64,000 nucleotides of DNA from an uncultured Clostridia bacterium (GTDB taxonomy: Bacteria > Bacillota > Clostridia > Christensenellales > UBA1242). The stretch is from positions 3,477 to 67,476 of the forward strand of contig CANQDP010000005.1 of assembly GCA_947593585.1 (NCBI GenBank). Direction: 5' to 3'. The position numbers and the translations under genes are program-made. Under the pieces are notes generated by a model. That model ran no database searches. It saw nothing but the letters and a program-made list of their open reading frames with translations, and was not told the origin of the DNA. Shown here piece by piece: positions 63,091-64,000 of the stretch (position 1 is its first letter; each line of letters opens with the position of its first letter).

Positions 63091-63519
63091 TTAACCTTCT
63101 TTAAGCTGAGAGAAGAAGGCATCATGCTCAATTAGATTGCTCCTTTCAAGCGAACTAAGGTGAATTAATTGAATTTTCCTAGCTGTGTCATAAACAGAAT
63201 TGTTTAGTGCCTCCACAATGTCCTCACCAAATGAGCGCCTATACTGCAACGCAATTTTGATATACTTGCGATTAGCAACAGGATTTTCTCTCAACGCAAA
63301 AAGCAACTCATAATCATCTTTCATGCGGTATTTTTTCACATATCTTTGCAATATATAGAGCGTTTTTACCACTTTTGGCGAATAAACTTTATAAGTTTCA
63401 AACACTAAATCATAGCCCGAACTTGGCAAATAATCTCGCTCGGCATGTTTTTCCTTGAAATTTACCATATATGTTTTGATATCCTTACGCCTTATCACTT
63501 CTTTAATTAGATTTCTCAT
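63091..63519 (-). CDS. Hypothetical basic protein (142 aa)
   Basis: RBS TAGGAGAAAAA, own promoter and a strong terminator. No motif recognised. Confidence 0.6.
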   Translation of the reverse strand: MRNLIKEVIRRKDIKTYMVNFKEKHAERDYLPSSGYDLVFETYKVYSPKVVKTLYILQRYVKKYRMKDDYELLFALRENPVANRKYIKIALQYRRSFGEDIVEALNNSVYDTARKIQLIHLSSLERSNLIEHDAFFSQLKEG

Positions 63520-63540
63520 TTTTTCTCCTATCAGCCCTTA

Positions 63541-63569
63541 TTATCTCACAGAATTATAAATTTGTCAAT
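63541..63569 (-). promoter_or_regulatory. Promoter of the 142-aa gene
   Basis: TTGACA-AATTTATAATTCTGTGA-GATAAT (17-nt spacer, extended TG). Confidence 0.5.
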
Positions 63570-63576
63570 ATTGATT

Positions 63577-64000
63577 TTATGAAAACGAGGCAAGTTTTTC
63601 TCTTATCATTTGTTTTAATTGCACGATGTTTTTCTGCGTTTTTGCCCCTATATAGCAAGTATAATAAGGATAAGACCTAAAATTTTTGATTTCATCTGCA
63701 CTCACCTTATCAATTTTGTTATATACCAAAATAACTTTGTTTGGGTCGATAGACATACGCTTAAACTCGTTTTCCACCACTGCAATTTGCTCGTATTTAT
63801 GCGGGTCGCTAGCATCAACCACCATAAGAAGCACATTGGCGTCAAGCGTTTCTTCTAGCGTGGCTGAGAAAGCATACATCAACTCGTGAGGCAAATTTCG
63901 CACGAAGCCGACCGTGTCGATAAGCACATATTCCACGCCATCGTCCCACACCTTTTTGGAGAGCACGTCAAGAGTGGCAAACAGCCTATCGTCCGCATAA
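63577..64000 (-). CDS. hflX: GTPase HflX, C-terminal part (gene continues beyond the window end)
   Basis: The frame stays open to position 64000 (..YADDRLFATLDVLSKK..). LFATLD and DTVGFV G-domain motifs. The track start at 63966 is only an internal GTG. Confidence 0.8.
   Translation of the reverse strand, partial: YADDRLFATLDVLSKKVWDDGVEYVLIDTVGFVRNLPHELMYAFSATLEETLDANVLLMVVDASDPHKYEQIAVVENEFKRMSIDPNKVILVYNKIDKVSADEIKNFRSYPYYTCYIGAKTQKNIVQLKQMIREKLASFS

Noticed and set aside
1-64000. Alternative genetic code (Mollicutes-type UGA=Trp), given the low GC and TM-anchored surface proteins.
   Set aside because: All conserved genes (rpoB, rpoC, uvrA, groEL and others) give full-length uninterrupted products under the standard code, so no reassignment is needed.
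1-64000. Prophage, integrative element or transposon content.
   Set aside because: No integrase, transposase, recombinase, terminal inverted repeats or phage structural genes were seen. The only composition anomaly is the small block at 4448-5250, and it has no mobility gene.

Overview
Low-GC (by eye, mid-30s % GC) chromosomal segment that looks like a Bacillota (Firmicutes-type) genome read with the standard genetic code. It is densely coded and mostly on the minus strand. Housekeeping genes recognised from motifs: tig, clpP, clpX, rluD, lspA, sepF, rsmA, an archaeal-type valS, groES-groEL, uvrA, uvrB, pepF, rpoB-rpoC and a partial hflX. There are also envelope genes (SPOR, LysM, MurJ/SpoVB-like flippase, YetF/DUF421 with DUF4363, GT-C glycosyltransferase). 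I found no rRNA, tRNA, CRISPR, integrase or transposase.

The accessory content is mainly four very large membrane-anchored surface proteins of 3338, about 1013, 1354 and 1088 aa. Together they take 20.4 kb, about 32% of the window. None has an LPXTG or SLH signal.

Promoters are unusually easy to read: TTGAC(A/T), a 16-17 nt spacer, then TAnAAT, often with an extended TGn.

The best lead is an 11-nt poly-G tract inside the -35/-10 spacer of the promoter of the 1088-aa BspA-type LRR protein, which stretches the spacer to 19 nt. This is the classic layout of a slipped-strand phase-variation switch.

Other leads:
- an orphan 10-kb giant gene;
- a 56-codon ORF packed between rpoB and rpoC;
- a GC-rich four-way-junction element;
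- a 70-aa protein that is 20% cysteine;
- an AT-rich two-gene insertion splitting clpP from clpX;
- a self-contained HicB-like two-gene cassette;
- tandem membrane-anchored winged-helix paralogs;
- two candidate leaderless genes.

All calls come from reading the sequence and ORF translations. No database search was run.
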